From Nitrosospira multiformis ATCC 25196 (GTDB lineage: Bacteria > Pseudomonadota > Gammaproteobacteria > Burkholderiales > Nitrosomonadaceae), in the NCBI RefSeq assembly GCF_000196355.1, contig NC_007614.1, forward strand, positions 570,001 to 602,000: 32,000 bases of DNA, read 5' to 3'. Under the pieces are notes generated by a model that searched no databases, was not told where the DNA came from, and was given only the letters and a program-made list of their open reading frames with translations. Shown one piece after another: positions 1-12,530 of the stretch. A program made the translations under genes and the position numbers. Every line of letters begins with the position of its first letter. The stretch's first letter is position 1.

Positions 1-285
1 ATGCTGCCGCTATGCCGAATACCAGATTAAGCGGAACTGCAATGGCGGCTGCGGTCAGGGTAAGCTGAATGGCGGACACCGCATCCGGCTCGGTAATTGC
101 GGCAATGTAAACATCCCAGCCTTTCTTGAGCGCTTCGTAGAAAACCGATATCAGGGGTACGAAGAGAAAGAGTGTAAGAAAGGCCAGCGCAAGCCCGATC
201 AGGGACCGCCGCACCCACGCGGATTCCTCGACGGGCCGCACCCGGCCTGAAGGGACGGGCAACGGAAGAGCAATAGCAGTCATCA
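1..285 (-). CDS. cysW: Sulfate ABC transporter permease CysW, N-terminal part (truncated by window edge)
   Basis: Not in the ORF track because it has no stop in the window. Reverse complement reads MTAIALPLPVPSGRVRPVEESAWVRRSLIGLALAFLTLFLFVPLISVFYEALKKGWDVYIAAITEPDAVSAIQLTLTAAAIAVPLNLVFGIAAA; CysW-like and directly downstream of cysT. Start coordinate approximate. Confidence 0.9.
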
Positions 286-299
286 GGATATCCTCATGC

Positions 300-1136
300 T
301 CATACTGTCGATGAACTCCGGCTGCGACTCCACCATTGCAGCAGGTTAATGATCAGGAGCAACACGAAAGAAATCACGAGCATGACCACGGCGAGCGCCG
401 TAGCGCCTGCATAGTCGTACTGCTCGAGCTTGGTAATGATCAGGAGCGGCGTGATTTCGGAAATCATCGGCATGTTGCCCGCAATAAAAATAACGGACCC
501 GTATTCCCCGATCGCACGGGCAAAGGCAAGCGCAAAGCCGGTTATCAATGCCGGAAAAATCGCGGGAAAAATGATTCGCAGGAATGTGTGCAAGCGGGTC
601 GCGCCGAGCGTAGCTGCTGCTTCTTCCAGTTCAGGTTCGAGGTCTTCCAGCACAGGTTGCACCGTTCGCACTACAAATGGCAATCCGATAAACGTCAGCG
701 CCACGAAGACCCCTGCTGGCGTAAAGGCAACCTTGAGGCCAACCGGCTCCAGATACTGGCCGAACCACCCGTTCCCCGCATAGAGCGCTGTCAGGGCAAT
801 ACCGGCTACCGCGGTGGGCAGGGCAAATGGAAGGTCTACCAGCGCATCGATCAGCTTCTTTCCTGGAAAGTGGTAACGCACCAGCACCCACGCAACCAGG
901 AGCCCGAATATCGCATTGAGCAGCGCCGCTGCGAATGAGGCCCCAAATGTCAACCGATAGGAAGCCAATACCCTTGGTGTCGTCACCACATCCCAGAATT
1001 CGGGCAAGGTGAGTTCTGCAGTGCGAACAAATGCTGCCGAGATTGGAATCAGAACAATCAGGCTCAGATAAAGCAACGTAAATCCAAGCGCCAGATTGAA
1101 TCCGGGCAGAACGCTGTGTTGCCTGAACGTGCCCAT
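300..1136 (-). CDS. cysT: Sulfate ABC transporter permease CysT/CysU
   Basis: ORF 300..1301; the start is most likely the internal Met at 1136 (MGTFRQHSVLPGFNLALGFTLLYLSLIVLIPISAAF). Multi-span permease with EAA-loop-like sequence EEAAATLGATRLHTFLRIIFPAIFPALITG. Confidence 0.95.
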   Translation of the reverse strand: MGTFRQHSVLPGFNLALGFTLLYLSLIVLIPISAAFVRTAELTLPEFWDVVTTPRVLASYRLTFGASFAAALLNAIFGLLVAWVLVRYHFPGKKLIDALVDLPFALPTAVAGIALTALYAGNGWFGQYLEPVGLKVAFTPAGVFVALTFIGLPFVVRTVQPVLEDLEPELEEAAATLGATRLHTFLRIIFPAIFPALITGFALAFARAIGEYGSVIFIAGNMPMISEITPLLIITKLEQYDYAGATALAVVMLVISFVLLLIINLLQWWSRSRSSSTV

Positions 1137-1137
1137 T

Positions 1138-2031
1138 TCAGATTCTCGCCGCGTCGATATAGTGCTGCAGCGTCCGGATGCGCCGGGAGGAAGCCTCTGC
1201 GCTTCGGTACTCTGTCGTTGCAGCAGGTATGAACAAGTCAAACTCAATCGCCTGCGCTGGTATGCCGAGAAAGCGCCCCTGGAGAAGATCGGCACCGGCA
1301 CGAACAGCCCCTGTCAATTGTCGCGCTGTTTCGATCTCACGGAACAAAACCTGCGCGCCAAAGCGATGAATGACATCCACCAGCGGCCCTGCGTCTCCCA
1401 GCCTTTGAAGAACGGAGGCCTCCAACCGCACTACGTCCGGATACAGCGGATACAGGCTGGCAAGTTCCGCTACCCAATCGTCGCCGGCATCGTTGTGATT
1501 GATGGCTATGCGATAGCCGTGCGAGCGGTAATTGCTGATTACGTGTTTGAGCAGCTTCCAGTTGCGATTCACCTCAGCCGGAATTTCAATTACCACCCGG
1601 GAAGTCTCCACGCCGATGATATCGAGGATGCTTTTGAACGCTCGGCCATGGTCATCTTTAACGCTCTCCAGCAGGCGTGGCTGTACGGTGACGGAAAGAT
1701 TGCCCTCATGAGAGCGCCCGCTGAAGTAGTTAAGCACGTGCACTGCGCGGCACAACCGGTCAAAACGTACCAATGGAGCGTCTCCTTCCCCGAGAGACAG
1801 GACTTTCCAGGGTGATAAGGGATTTTCCTCACTCACGACAGAACGGATATAAGCTGCATGTCCTGCCACGCTGCGTGTTTTTGCATCGAATACTGGCTGA
1901 AATACGCTTGATAGCGAGCAGTTGAAAAAATGTCCCATGATGAAACCATTCTCCGCTCGAGTCACCGCATAATCGGTTGACTCCTGGATGCGCGCCAATT
2001 CATCCTTTTCCTGTGATGAAGAAATGCTCAC
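1138..2031 (-). CDS. Degenerate EAL-domain protein (probably non-catalytic), co-directional inside the sulfate transport operon
   Basis: 297 aa. EAL-fold landmarks are recognisable (VFQPVFDAKTRSVAGHAAYIR, VVIEIPAEV, LFREIETARQL, GADLLQGRFLGIP), but the EAL and DDFG motifs are replaced. Its stop is 1 nt from the cysT start. Confidence 0.78.
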   Translation of the reverse strand: MSISSSQEKDELARIQESTDYAVTRAENGFIMGHFFNCSLSSVFQPVFDAKTRSVAGHAAYIRSVVSEENPLSPWKVLSLGEGDAPLVRFDRLCRAVHVLNYFSGRSHEGNLSVTVQPRLLESVKDDHGRAFKSILDIIGVETSRVVIEIPAEVNRNWKLLKHVISNYRSHGYRIAINHNDAGDDWVAELASLYPLYPDVVRLEASVLQRLGDAGPLVDVIHRFGAQVLFREIETARQLTGAVRAGADLLQGRFLGIPAQAIEFDLFIPAATTEYRSAEASSRRIRTLQHYIDAARI

Positions 2032-2127
2032 TTTTCATCTCCTTTCAAAAATTTCCTGGACGTCGATTTTCTGAATGTCAGCATGGTTGTTTTGCGGTTT
2101 TCAGTGCAGACGGTACGACTTGTGCTG

Positions 2128-3120
2128 TTATTTCTGATAAATCTGATCAAAAGTGCCGCCATCGGCAAAGTGAAGCTTGTGCGCGTTCTTCCAGCCCCCA
2201 AACGCATCGTCGATCTTGAACAGCTTGAGGCCGGGAAACTGACTTGCATATTTCGCTGCGATTGCGGCATTGGTTGGACGGTAGAAATTCTTAGCGGCAA
2301 TCTCCTGGCCTGTGTCTGAATAGAGATATTGGAGATAGGCTTCCGCGATGGTACGGGTACCCTTCTTGTCGGCCACCTTGTCTACCACCGCGACCGATGG
2401 TTCGGCAAGAATGCTGAGGGAGGGTGCCACAATTTCAAATTTGTCGGGCCCGAGTTCCCTGATAGCGAGGAATGCTTCGTTTTCCCACGAAATGAAGACA
2501 TCGCCGATGCCGCGCTCCACAAATGTCGTGGTTGAGCCGCGCGCGCCCGAGTCCAGCACAGGGACATTCCGGTAGAGCTTTGCTACGAACTCCTTCGCCT
2601 TGGCATCGTCGCCGTACGTTCGCTTGCCGTATTCCCACGCGGCGAGGTAATTCCAGCGGGCGCCCCCCGAGGTTTTCGGATTGGGGGTGATTACGGCGAC
2701 GCCGGGCTTGACCAGGTCGTCCCAGTCTTTGATGTTCTTGGGGTTGCCCTTCCGGACCAGCAGTACGATGGTTGAAGTGTAAGGCGTGCTGTTATGCGGC
2801 AAGCGCTTTTGCCAGTCCGCCGGCAGCAGGCTGGCTTTTTCCGCGATTTCATCGATGTCCTTCGCCAGCGCGAGCGTCACGACATCAGCATCAAGCCCGT
2901 CGATGACAGAGCGTGCCTGTTTCCCGGAGCCGCCATGAGATTGTTTTATGGCTATTTTTTCTCCGGTCTTGCTCTCCCAATGCTTCGCGAATGCCGAATT
3001 GAACTGCTGATACAGCTCGCGAGTCGGGTCATAGGATACATTCAATATTGTTTTATCTCCCCAGGCATTGCCTCCCCACAGGAGGATTGCGGTAAGGCTC
3101 GTCGTTATCCATGCTTTCAT
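2128..3120 (-). CDS. sbp: Periplasmic sulfate-binding protein
   Basis: 330 aa with signal peptide [21 protein letters not shown]; sulfate-binding family sequence [70 protein letters not shown]. Confidence 0.96.
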   Translation of the reverse strand: MKAWITTSLTAILLWGGNAWGDKTILNVSYDPTRELYQQFNSAFAKHWESKTGEKIAIKQSHGGSGKQARSVIDGLDADVVTLALAKDIDEIAEKASLLPADWQKRLPHNSTPYTSTIVLLVRKGNPKNIKDWDDLVKPGVAVITPNPKTSGGARWNYLAAWEYGKRTYGDDAKAKEFVAKLYRNVPVLDSGARGSTTTFVERGIGDVFISWENEAFLAIRELGPDKFEIVAPSLSILAEPSVAVVDKVADKKGTRTIAEAYLQYLYSDTGQEIAAKNFYRPTNAAIAAKYASQFPGLKLFKIDDAFGGWKNAHKLHFADGGTFDQIYQK

Positions 3121-3180
3121 TTTCGTATTCTTCCTTTAGGCAGGTGAAGCCAGTAAGTGAAATCAATAAGTGTCAAATAA

Positions 3181-4809
3181 TCAAAATGCGCTCAATACAA
3201 CTTCAACGTAAAAAAAGTCCGAACTCCCCGGGCTTCTGCCCAAGGCCGCTATTTGCCGGTTGCGCACAAACTCCCCGCTCGTGAAATGCGAATAACCGAT
3301 GGTTGTGTCGATGTGTTTCGCCAGCTTGTAGCGTGCCCGGATGTCGAAATTGTGTCCGATGAAATCACCGCTGCTTCCGGTCGCATCGCGGTTGGAAAAA
3401 CTTCCTCCGTTACTTCCATTGCCTCTGAAGAGGTTATTGAGGCGGTCGGTATCGCTGGCCAGCCAGTACCAGCTGTAGCCGCCATCGATCCGCAGGTCCT
3501 TGAACGGCTGGAACTCGAGCTTTATCTTGGGGGATTTGATATTCTCGAAAACGATGTAATCGTCCGCTGACCACGGTCGCGCGAAACCGAAGAACCGTTC
3601 GAAGCGGTTATTTACGTTGTCATTGGGATTGCGATCGCCGCTGGCGTAACCGTAAAAGGCGCTGATACGGGGTTTCCACGCGTGTTTGAGCGTATAGCCC
3701 AGCTCGGTGATGTATGCATGGGCCTGATGTTCCTGCGTGCCATTCCGACCGAACTGGTAGATCAGGTTGAAATCGAAGTCCAGACCCGTATCGCCTATCT
3801 TGCCGTATCCCCTGAGAGCGGGTGAATGAATATGACGGTCGATTTCGCCTGTCTTGCTGCCATCCTGCGTCAGTCCCATGTAATAGGGCTGGAGTGTGAT
3901 GAAATCCGACCATTTGCGCCAATGGCCGATGGCGCCGTAGAACCATTGGTTCTCGATGCGCTCGTCAAACTCCGTCAGCAGCCGTTGAACAGGCTGGTAG
4001 GCCCATAAATCCCCCTCCCAATCGTTGACTTCCTGTCCCAGGTTGATGCGAAAACCTTCGAAGGTATTGGTCGTGTTGCGCCATTCATTGCGGCCGATCA
4101 GACGCCGGTCCAGCGCCTCATAGGCCATGCGGCCCACGCGCAACCTGAGCGGGCGCTGCTGTTTCAGGTCGTCTTGACCCAGCGCGCCCTTGAAATACAA
4201 TTCGGCATAGGCCTGGATGAGGTCGTGCTCATTGAAATCACGGTCATCGGGTGGAAAATGGCCGTTGTAGCGGCGGGAATCCTGGAATTCCACCGCGGCG
4301 CGTAGCGGATCGAATATTTCGCGGATTCCGAAGTAGGCGCGGGAGCGCAGCAGGAAGGGCTGGTCCAGCCTGAGTTCGGTGCGCCGTATATCGTTGCTGC
4401 GGAATTCGTAGCGGGTACGATGATCGATGCCCACATCCAGCCAGTAGATGTCCTTGAAAGCTTCAATCCCGGTTTTGCTCAGGGTGCGCACATAGCGCGG
4501 CGGATCGGATTCGGGCTGGGTCGAGTAGCTGCTGGAAGGCCTGAAGTAGCCCGTCGATTTTTTTTCCTCCTTTGTTGCCGCTGCCGCTGTTTTTCCAGCC
4601 GATGTATTTCCATTTGATTTGCTGCTTGCTCCCGAGGGATCGGCCTTTCCTTTTTCTTCAACAGGGACAGCACCGTTCTGAGCAAACCTGTTTTCCTGTT
4701 CCGTCATTTTGAATTTTTCGGTGTCGATCGTGTTTGCATCTGCCTGAGCACCGCTCCATGGCGGTATCGCGAGAGCAAACGCAATGACTGTTCCCAGATA
4801 AAACTTCAT
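3181..4809 (-). CDS. Outer-membrane beta-barrel porin, alginate-export family type
   Basis: ORF 3181..4935; internal Met at 4809 (MKFYLGTVIAFALAIPPWSGAQA) gives a signal peptide and is preceded by a purine-rich AGGAGAG SD-like stretch. Body has aromatic-rich alternating strands and ends in ...FFYVEVVLSAF, a C-terminal aromatic typical of OMPs. Confidence 0.8.
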   Translation of the reverse strand: MKFYLGTVIAFALAIPPWSGAQADANTIDTEKFKMTEQENRFAQNGAVPVEEKGKADPSGASSKSNGNTSAGKTAAAATKEEKKSTGYFRPSSSYSTQPESDPPRYVRTLSKTGIEAFKDIYWLDVGIDHRTRYEFRSNDIRRTELRLDQPFLLRSRAYFGIREIFDPLRAAVEFQDSRRYNGHFPPDDRDFNEHDLIQAYAELYFKGALGQDDLKQQRPLRLRVGRMAYEALDRRLIGRNEWRNTTNTFEGFRINLGQEVNDWEGDLWAYQPVQRLLTEFDERIENQWFYGAIGHWRKWSDFITLQPYYMGLTQDGSKTGEIDRHIHSPALRGYGKIGDTGLDFDFNLIYQFGRNGTQEHQAHAYITELGYTLKHAWKPRISAFYGYASGDRNPNDNVNNRFERFFGFARPWSADDYIVFENIKSPKIKLEFQPFKDLRIDGGYSWYWLASDTDRLNNLFRGNGSNGGSFSNRDATGSSGDFIGHNFDIRARYKLAKHIDTTIGYSHFTSGEFVRNRQIAALGRSPGSSDFFYVEVVLSAF

Positions 4810-4931
4810 TCCTCTCTCCTGTCTCGTCCTTCCGGTTGCGCGGTCAAGGACCGATGTAATCTGTTTTATTTGGCCTCCAGTCATTTGGTCGGCTTTTATG
4901 CCTGTGGCTTCCCGCTCTTGCATTATTCCCT

Positions 4932-5159
4932 TCACTTTCTCTGGCCAGCCTCGCTACGCCCCATCCGGATTTTTTCCCGGCACTCTATCTGGGTAATCTT
5001 GCCGTCATGAATGACCACCTCCACCGAGCCATATTCGATATTTGCAATGGCGTACAGAATCCGTTGTTTAACGTCCACGGGTATCCGTCTGCCGGATTGT
5101 CCGGATCCATAATGCTTTTCTTCCAGATCAATGATTTCAGGGGTGGCCGACATGGTCAA
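4932..5159 (-). CDS. oscA: OscA / YezD-family (DUF2292) small protein
   Basis: 75 aa containing ILYAIANIEYGSVEVVIHDGKITQIECREKIR, the characteristic core of the DUF2292 small-protein family; located at the head of an sbp-cysTW operon. Confidence 0.87.
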   Translation of the reverse strand: MTMSATPEIIDLEEKHYGSGQSGRRIPVDVKQRILYAIANIEYGSVEVVIHDGKITQIECREKIRMGRSEAGQRK

Positions 5160-5429
5160 AACGGTTGCAGAGTCTGTGGAAGCGACACGTTACCAGTGAC
5201 GTTTTATAATTCAAACTAATATCATTTGATTTGCTTATCTGTTTTTTGTATATACAGCGTGAGCGTTGATACATGCTCAGCAACTGGGACGGCACTGTCC
5301 AAACCGCATCCAATCTGGGAAAATTACTGGTGCAGTTCAGAAGCCGGGATTGAACCCGAGCCTATGGGGGCGGGAACCGATGAGTATCTTGAGAAAGAGG
5401 TTGCAGCGGGAATGGGAACAGGAATAGAA

Positions 5430-6308
5430 ATGTTGTCCAGAAAGGAGCAACATAACGCCAACAAACTGCATAAGCGGTTGAGGCGGCTTGTCGGGACGGC
5501 GATCGCTGATTTCAACATGATCGAGTCTGGAGACCGGGTAATGGTGTGTCTCTCGGGCGGAAAGGACAGCTATGCTCTGCTCGATATCCTCCGCAGCCTG
5601 CAGGCACACGCAGCCACACAATTCGAGCTGATTGCGGTAAATCTGGACCAGAAGCAGCCGGGCTTTCCGGAACACGTGTTGCCGAACTATCTTACATCCA
5701 TCGGCATGCCTTTCCGCATCGTCGAGCAGGATACCTATAGCGTGGTGAAGCGCTTGATACCGGAGGGGAAAACCACTTGCAGCCTTTGTTCACGCTTGCG
5801 CCGCGGGGTCCTGTATCGCGTGGCAGACGAACTGGGAGCAACGAAAATCGCGCTGGGCCACCATCGCGATGATATTCTTGAAACCCTGCTTCTCAATCTG
5901 TTTCATGGCGGTAAGCTGAAAACCATGCCGCCCAAGCTGGTAAGCGATGATGGCAAGCATATCGTCATCCGGCCGCTTGCCTACTGCAAAGAGAAAGACC
6001 TGGCCGCCTATGCGGAAATGGAAAATTTCCCGATCATCCCCTGCAACCTGTGTGGATCACAGAAGAATATGCAGCGCCAGGTGGTAAAGGAAATGCTGCA
6101 GCAATGGGATAAAAAGTTTCCCGGCAGGCTGGAAAACATGTTCAGCTCTTTGCAGAACATCCAACCCTCGCATCTGCTCGATTCCTCGCTTTACGATTTT
6201 CATGGGCTCAAAACCGGGAACGGGCCTGTCGTCGACGGCGACAGGGCATTCGACCCCGAGCCCTTCGAGCCGGGCGTGGAAGAACTTCTGAGCCTGAACA
6301 AAGACTGA
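5430..6308 (+). CDS. ttcA: tRNA 2-thiocytidine(32) synthetase TtcA
   Basis: ORF 5226..6308; PP-loop motif [13 protein letters not shown] and Cys motifs [10 protein letters not shown] and PCNLCGSQ. Start chosen at 5430 (alternatives 5364 and 5412) because homology begins near [17 protein letters not shown]. Confidence 0.93.
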   Translation: MLSRKEQHNANKLHKRLRRLVGTAIADFNMIESGDRVMVCLSGGKDSYALLDILRSLQAHAATQFELIAVNLDQKQPGFPEHVLPNYLTSIGMPFRIVEQDTYSVVKRLIPEGKTTCSLCSRLRRGVLYRVADELGATKIALGHHRDDILETLLLNLFHGGKLKTMPPKLVSDDGKHIVIRPLAYCKEKDLAAYAEMENFPIIPCNLCGSQKNMQRQVVKEMLQQWDKKFPGRLENMFSSLQNIQPSHLLDSSLYDFHGLKTGNGPVVDGDRAFDPEPFEPGVEELLSLNKD

Positions 6309-6364
6309 AAGAATCACATCACCCTCGGCCAACTGGTGGATAAATCAAGTAAAGCACGCCTCAA

Positions 6365-7774
6365 ATGAGAAAACCGTCCGGATCAGTTTCGCAGCCAGCT
6401 CCACTGTCAGTTTCACCGCTGTCAGTTTCACTCTGGCTGGTTTTTATCGGCTTGCTGGTCATTGCGCTGCCGGGCTATCCGGCTTTGCCTTTCAGTGACA
6501 CCAAAAATGGTGTGCCGACCCTGGCGCCGGTGCTTCAGGACGTGACCCCGGCGGTCGTCAATATTTCCGTAGTGACGCGCTCGGCCATAGAAGAGAATCC
6601 CTTGTTTCGGGACCCTTTCTTCCGCCGCTTTTTCAATCTTCCGGAGCAGGAGGCCCGGCCGGAGCGCAGTGTGGGTTCCGGCGTGATCATGGATGCGGCC
6701 AAGGGTTATGTGGTGACCAACTACCACGTGATCAAGGATGCGCAGCAGGTGGTTGTGACACTCAAAGACAGGCGCCAATTCCAGGCGAAGCTGGTGGGGA
6801 CGGACCCGGGTACCGATATTGCCCTGCTGAAAATCGATGCCAAGAACCTTAAGGCGCTGCGCCTCGGTGATTCCGATCTGCTCAACGTCGGGGATTTTGT
6901 CATCGCGATCGGGAATCCGTTCGGTCTGGGGCAAACGGTAACATCCGGCATCGTCAGCGCATTGGGAAGAAGCGGACTGGATATCGAAGGCTATGAAGAC
7001 TTCATCCAGACCGACGCCTCCATCAATCCGGGCAACTCCGGCGGAGCCCTCATCAACCTCAAGGGGGAACTGATCGGCATCAACACCGCCATCATTGGTC
7101 CCGCAGGCGGCAACGTCGGCATTGGTTTTGCGGTTCCCAGTGTGATGGTGAAGGCAGTCCTCGATCAAATCCTGCGCTTCGGCGAGGTACGCCGCGGCAG
7201 ACTGGGAGCGAGCAGCGAAGATATTACGCACGACCTGGCGGCCTCACTGGGGTTGCCTTCCACGGAAGGCGCCATCATCAGTGCGGTCGAGCCGGGATCG
7301 CCTGCGGAAAAAGCCGGGGTGAAACCGCGTGATGTGATAACGACTGTCAACGGAAAACCTGTGCGGAACTCGATTGATTTGCGCAACAAGGTTGGACTGA
7401 TGCCCATCGGGGAGACGCTGGATCTCGGGCTGATCAGGAATGGGAAGCGGCTGACTGCGAAAGTAAAGATAGCCAAGCTGGCGGAGGCTTCCAGTGCAGG
7501 TGCGGAGGCCGTGCCGGAGGTCTCAGGCGCAACCGTGGCGGACTTGAAACCCGGCGCCCGCCGGGGAATTGAGGGCGTGATGGTAACAGACGTGGAAGTC
7601 AATAGTCCCGCCTGGCTGCGGGGCATCCGGCCGGGGGACCTCATCATTGGCGTCAATCGCCGCCAGGTCCGTTCGGTGCAGGAGTTGCTTGCTGCTCTCA
7701 AGGCCAGCAGCCAGGGACGGCTCACCCTAAGCCTGATACGGGGCGACTTCAGGGTGACTATCAGGATCAGGTAA
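6365..7774 (+). CDS. Do-family (DegP/DegQ/MucD-like) periplasmic serine endoprotease
   Basis: 469 aa; N-terminal signal/anchor, catalytic sequences VVTNYHVIKDA, DIALLKID, SINPGNSGGALINLKGELIGINTA, followed by two PDZ domains. Confidence 0.94.
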   Translation: MRKPSGSVSQPAPLSVSPLSVSLWLVFIGLLVIALPGYPALPFSDTKNGVPTLAPVLQDVTPAVVNISVVTRSAIEENPLFRDPFFRRFFNLPEQEARPERSVGSGVIMDAAKGYVVTNYHVIKDAQQVVVTLKDRRQFQAKLVGTDPGTDIALLKIDAKNLKALRLGDSDLLNVGDFVIAIGNPFGLGQTVTSGIVSALGRSGLDIEGYEDFIQTDASINPGNSGGALINLKGELIGINTAIIGPAGGNVGIGFAVPSVMVKAVLDQILRFGEVRRGRLGASSEDITHDLAASLGLPSTEGAIISAVEPGSPAEKAGVKPRDVITTVNGKPVRNSIDLRNKVGLMPIGETLDLGLIRNGKRLTAKVKIAKLAEASSAGAEAVPEVSGATVADLKPGARRGIEGVMVTDVEVNSPAWLRGIRPGDLIIGVNRRQVRSVQELLAALKASSQGRLTLSLIRGDFRVTIRIR

Positions 7775-7918
7775 ATCCGTTTCCCGAATATCCTGAAGCC
7801 GAATCGCTTCCGATAGTCTCTTTAGCCGCTCACAGCACTTCAAAATACATGATCTCTCGCTTTCCTTCCGGCCTCGCTGGAGCCGGGCCCTCACCCACGG
7901 AAATGCCTGAGTTCGCGG

Positions 7919-10554
<2,636 letters not shown>

Positions 10555-10585
10555 AGATACGAAAACCGGAACTCGAGGATTGCCG

Positions 10586-11098
10586 ATGAAAAAAATCCTG
10601 TTGCTTACATGCTGTCTCTTGCTCGCGGCTTGCGGCTTTCAGTTGCGGGGCACCGCCGCGCTTCCGTTTGATACGCTTTATATTTCCTTCCCGCAAGGAC
10701 ATCCCATCGGTACCGATCTCAGGCGCCTCGTTCGGGCGAGCACCAGCACTCGCCTCGTTGACAACCGGAAAAAGGCCGAAGCCATACTGGAGATTCTCAG
10801 CGTCACCAATGACAGACAGATCATGTCCGTGTCAGGCGGCGGGCGCGTTCTGGAGTTTGAACTCCGGTACCGGGTTTCCTTCCGGCTGCTCGATGCCAAA
10901 GGGGAGGAACTCATTCCCACCAATGAACTGGCCCTGCGTCGAATCATGCCTTTTACCAATCAGCAGGTGGTCGCGAAGGAGGGGGAAGAGGCAATGCTCG
11001 TGCGGGAAATGCAGAGTGATTCGGCAGATCAGATCGTGCGGCGCCTTGGAGCAGTCAAGGTGGCGGAACTGAATAAGTCTCCACAGGTGAACCCCTGA
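10586..11098 (+). CDS. lptE: LPS-assembly lipoprotein LptE
   Basis: MKKILLLTCCLLLAACGFQLRG, a lipobox followed by the LptE FQLRG motif; sits between leuS and holA as commonly found. ATG at 10586 preceded by GAGGA. Confidence 0.92.
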   Translation: MKKILLLTCCLLLAACGFQLRGTAALPFDTLYISFPQGHPIGTDLRRLVRASTSTRLVDNRKKAEAILEILSVTNDRQIMSVSGGGRVLEFELRYRVSFRLLDAKGEELIPTNELALRRIMPFTNQQVVAKEGEEAMLVREMQSDSADQIVRRLGAVKVAELNKSPQVNP

Positions 11099-11137
11099 CC
11101 GTTGACGCCTGTGTTGCGGTAACCTGAAGGCGAAGGC

Positions 11138-12154
11138 ATGCGTATTGCGCCCGAACAGCTTGCGCGGCATCTCGATAAACAGCTTGCACCGCTTTATACG
11201 GTATCCGGCGACGAATTACTTCTGGCAATCGAAGCTGCCGACCTGATCCGTGTAAAAGCGCGCCAAGGCGGGTATATCGAACGGGAAATTTTCAACGTCG
11301 ATAGCTATTTCAACTGGACAGAGCTGGAACGGTGCAGCAACAGCCTGTCGTTGTTCGGCGAAAGACGTATAATCGATCTGCGCATCCCCTCGGGCAAGCC
11401 GGGCAATCAGGGCAGCGCCGTTTTGGAGAAATACTGCCGCGCCCTGCCGCCAGATACCGTCACACTTGTCACCCTGCCCCGGATCGACCAGCAAGGTGCG
11501 GCAACCAGATGGTTCAAGGCGCTTGATGCAGCAGGAGCAGTCATTACGGTTTATCCGGTAGAACGCGGGCGGCTGCCCGACTGGATAGGCCAGCGGCTCA
11601 CCATGCAAGGGCAGAATGCCGACATCGACACGCTGCAATTTCTTGCCGACAAGGTAGAGGGCAATCTGCTCGCAGCCTATCAGGAACTCAAGAAACTTGC
11701 GTTGCTTTATCCACCCGGAATGCTGTCGTTCGAGCAGGTGAAGGATGCCGTGCTCGATGTCGCCCGTTATGATGCATTCAAACTATCCGATGCAATGGTT
11801 GCCGGGGATACCGCGCGCTATACGCGCATCCTGGAGGTTTTGCAGGGTGAAGGCATGGCATTGCCGCTGATCGTCAATACGCTGGCGGGGCAGATCCGCC
11901 TTCTTGTCGCGATTCGTACCGGACTCGACGCAGGGAAACCGCCGGGACAATTGACCAGCCAGTCTCGAGTATGGCGGGACCGGCAGAAAATAATGGAGAA
12001 CGCCGCTCGCCGCCTGAACCTTGAACAGTTGGCATCGGCGTTGTCACATGCCGCTAAAATAGACAGAGTCAGCAAGGGCGTTGCAAGCGGCGATCCCTGG
12101 GATGAGTTGCTCCAACTGGGTTTGCGTTTTGCGAAGATCGGGCAGCGGCAGTAG
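11138..12154 (+). CDS. holA: DNA polymerase III subunit delta
   Basis: 338 aa; MRIAPEQLARHLDKQLAPLYTVSGDELLLAIEAADLIR..., Lys-rich middle EGNLLAAYQELKKLALLYPP; canonical leuS-lptE-holA order. Confidence 0.95.
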   Translation: MRIAPEQLARHLDKQLAPLYTVSGDELLLAIEAADLIRVKARQGGYIEREIFNVDSYFNWTELERCSNSLSLFGERRIIDLRIPSGKPGNQGSAVLEKYCRALPPDTVTLVTLPRIDQQGAATRWFKALDAAGAVITVYPVERGRLPDWIGQRLTMQGQNADIDTLQFLADKVEGNLLAAYQELKKLALLYPPGMLSFEQVKDAVLDVARYDAFKLSDAMVAGDTARYTRILEVLQGEGMALPLIVNTLAGQIRLLVAIRTGLDAGKPPGQLTSQSRVWRDRQKIMENAARRLNLEQLASALSHAAKIDRVSKGVASGDPWDELLQLGLRFAKIGQRQ

Positions 12155-12287
12155 TTAAAGCATGGCAAAACGATGACGCAAACGGAGGATAGCCGGCATA
12201 GGCCGGGCTTCACCCGATCTGCCGTTACTGAACTCTTATCCGCGAACGCCGGAGTAGAGGAATTCTGGCAGCGGACTATCAAGGCGC

Positions 12288-12530
12288 CGTCATACCCGCG
12301 AAAGCGGTATCCGGATTTTCTTGAGATAATAATATTATGAATCAGCGGGTTTCCGCCTTCGCGTAAATGACGATCAAGGTTTTGCCCAAGGCACTCTCCC
12401 TTATTACCAAGCCGCCGTCATTGCCGATGGAGCTCTCCGGATTTCCATGAATTTTATTCCTGACAATAGTCGGGCTTGACCCGGAATCCAGTTCCGGAAT
12501 CCCAGTTACTCCTGCAATTTTAATTTACTG
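12288..12530. repeat. Cluster of degenerate dispersed-repeat units (CGTCATTCCCGCGAAAGCGGGAATCC-like) upstream of proA
   Basis: Visible units: cgtcatacccgcgaaagcggtatccgga (from 12288); inverted gggtttccgccttcgcgtaaatgacg (around 12345-12371); ccgtcattgccgatggagctctccgga (around 12417-12445); tcgggcttgacccggaatccag (around 12470-12492). Confidence 0.5.

Noticed and set aside
27-218. 63-aa minus-strand ORF at the left edge
   Set aside because: Out of frame within cysW, whose real frame is open to the edge and gives good permease sequence.
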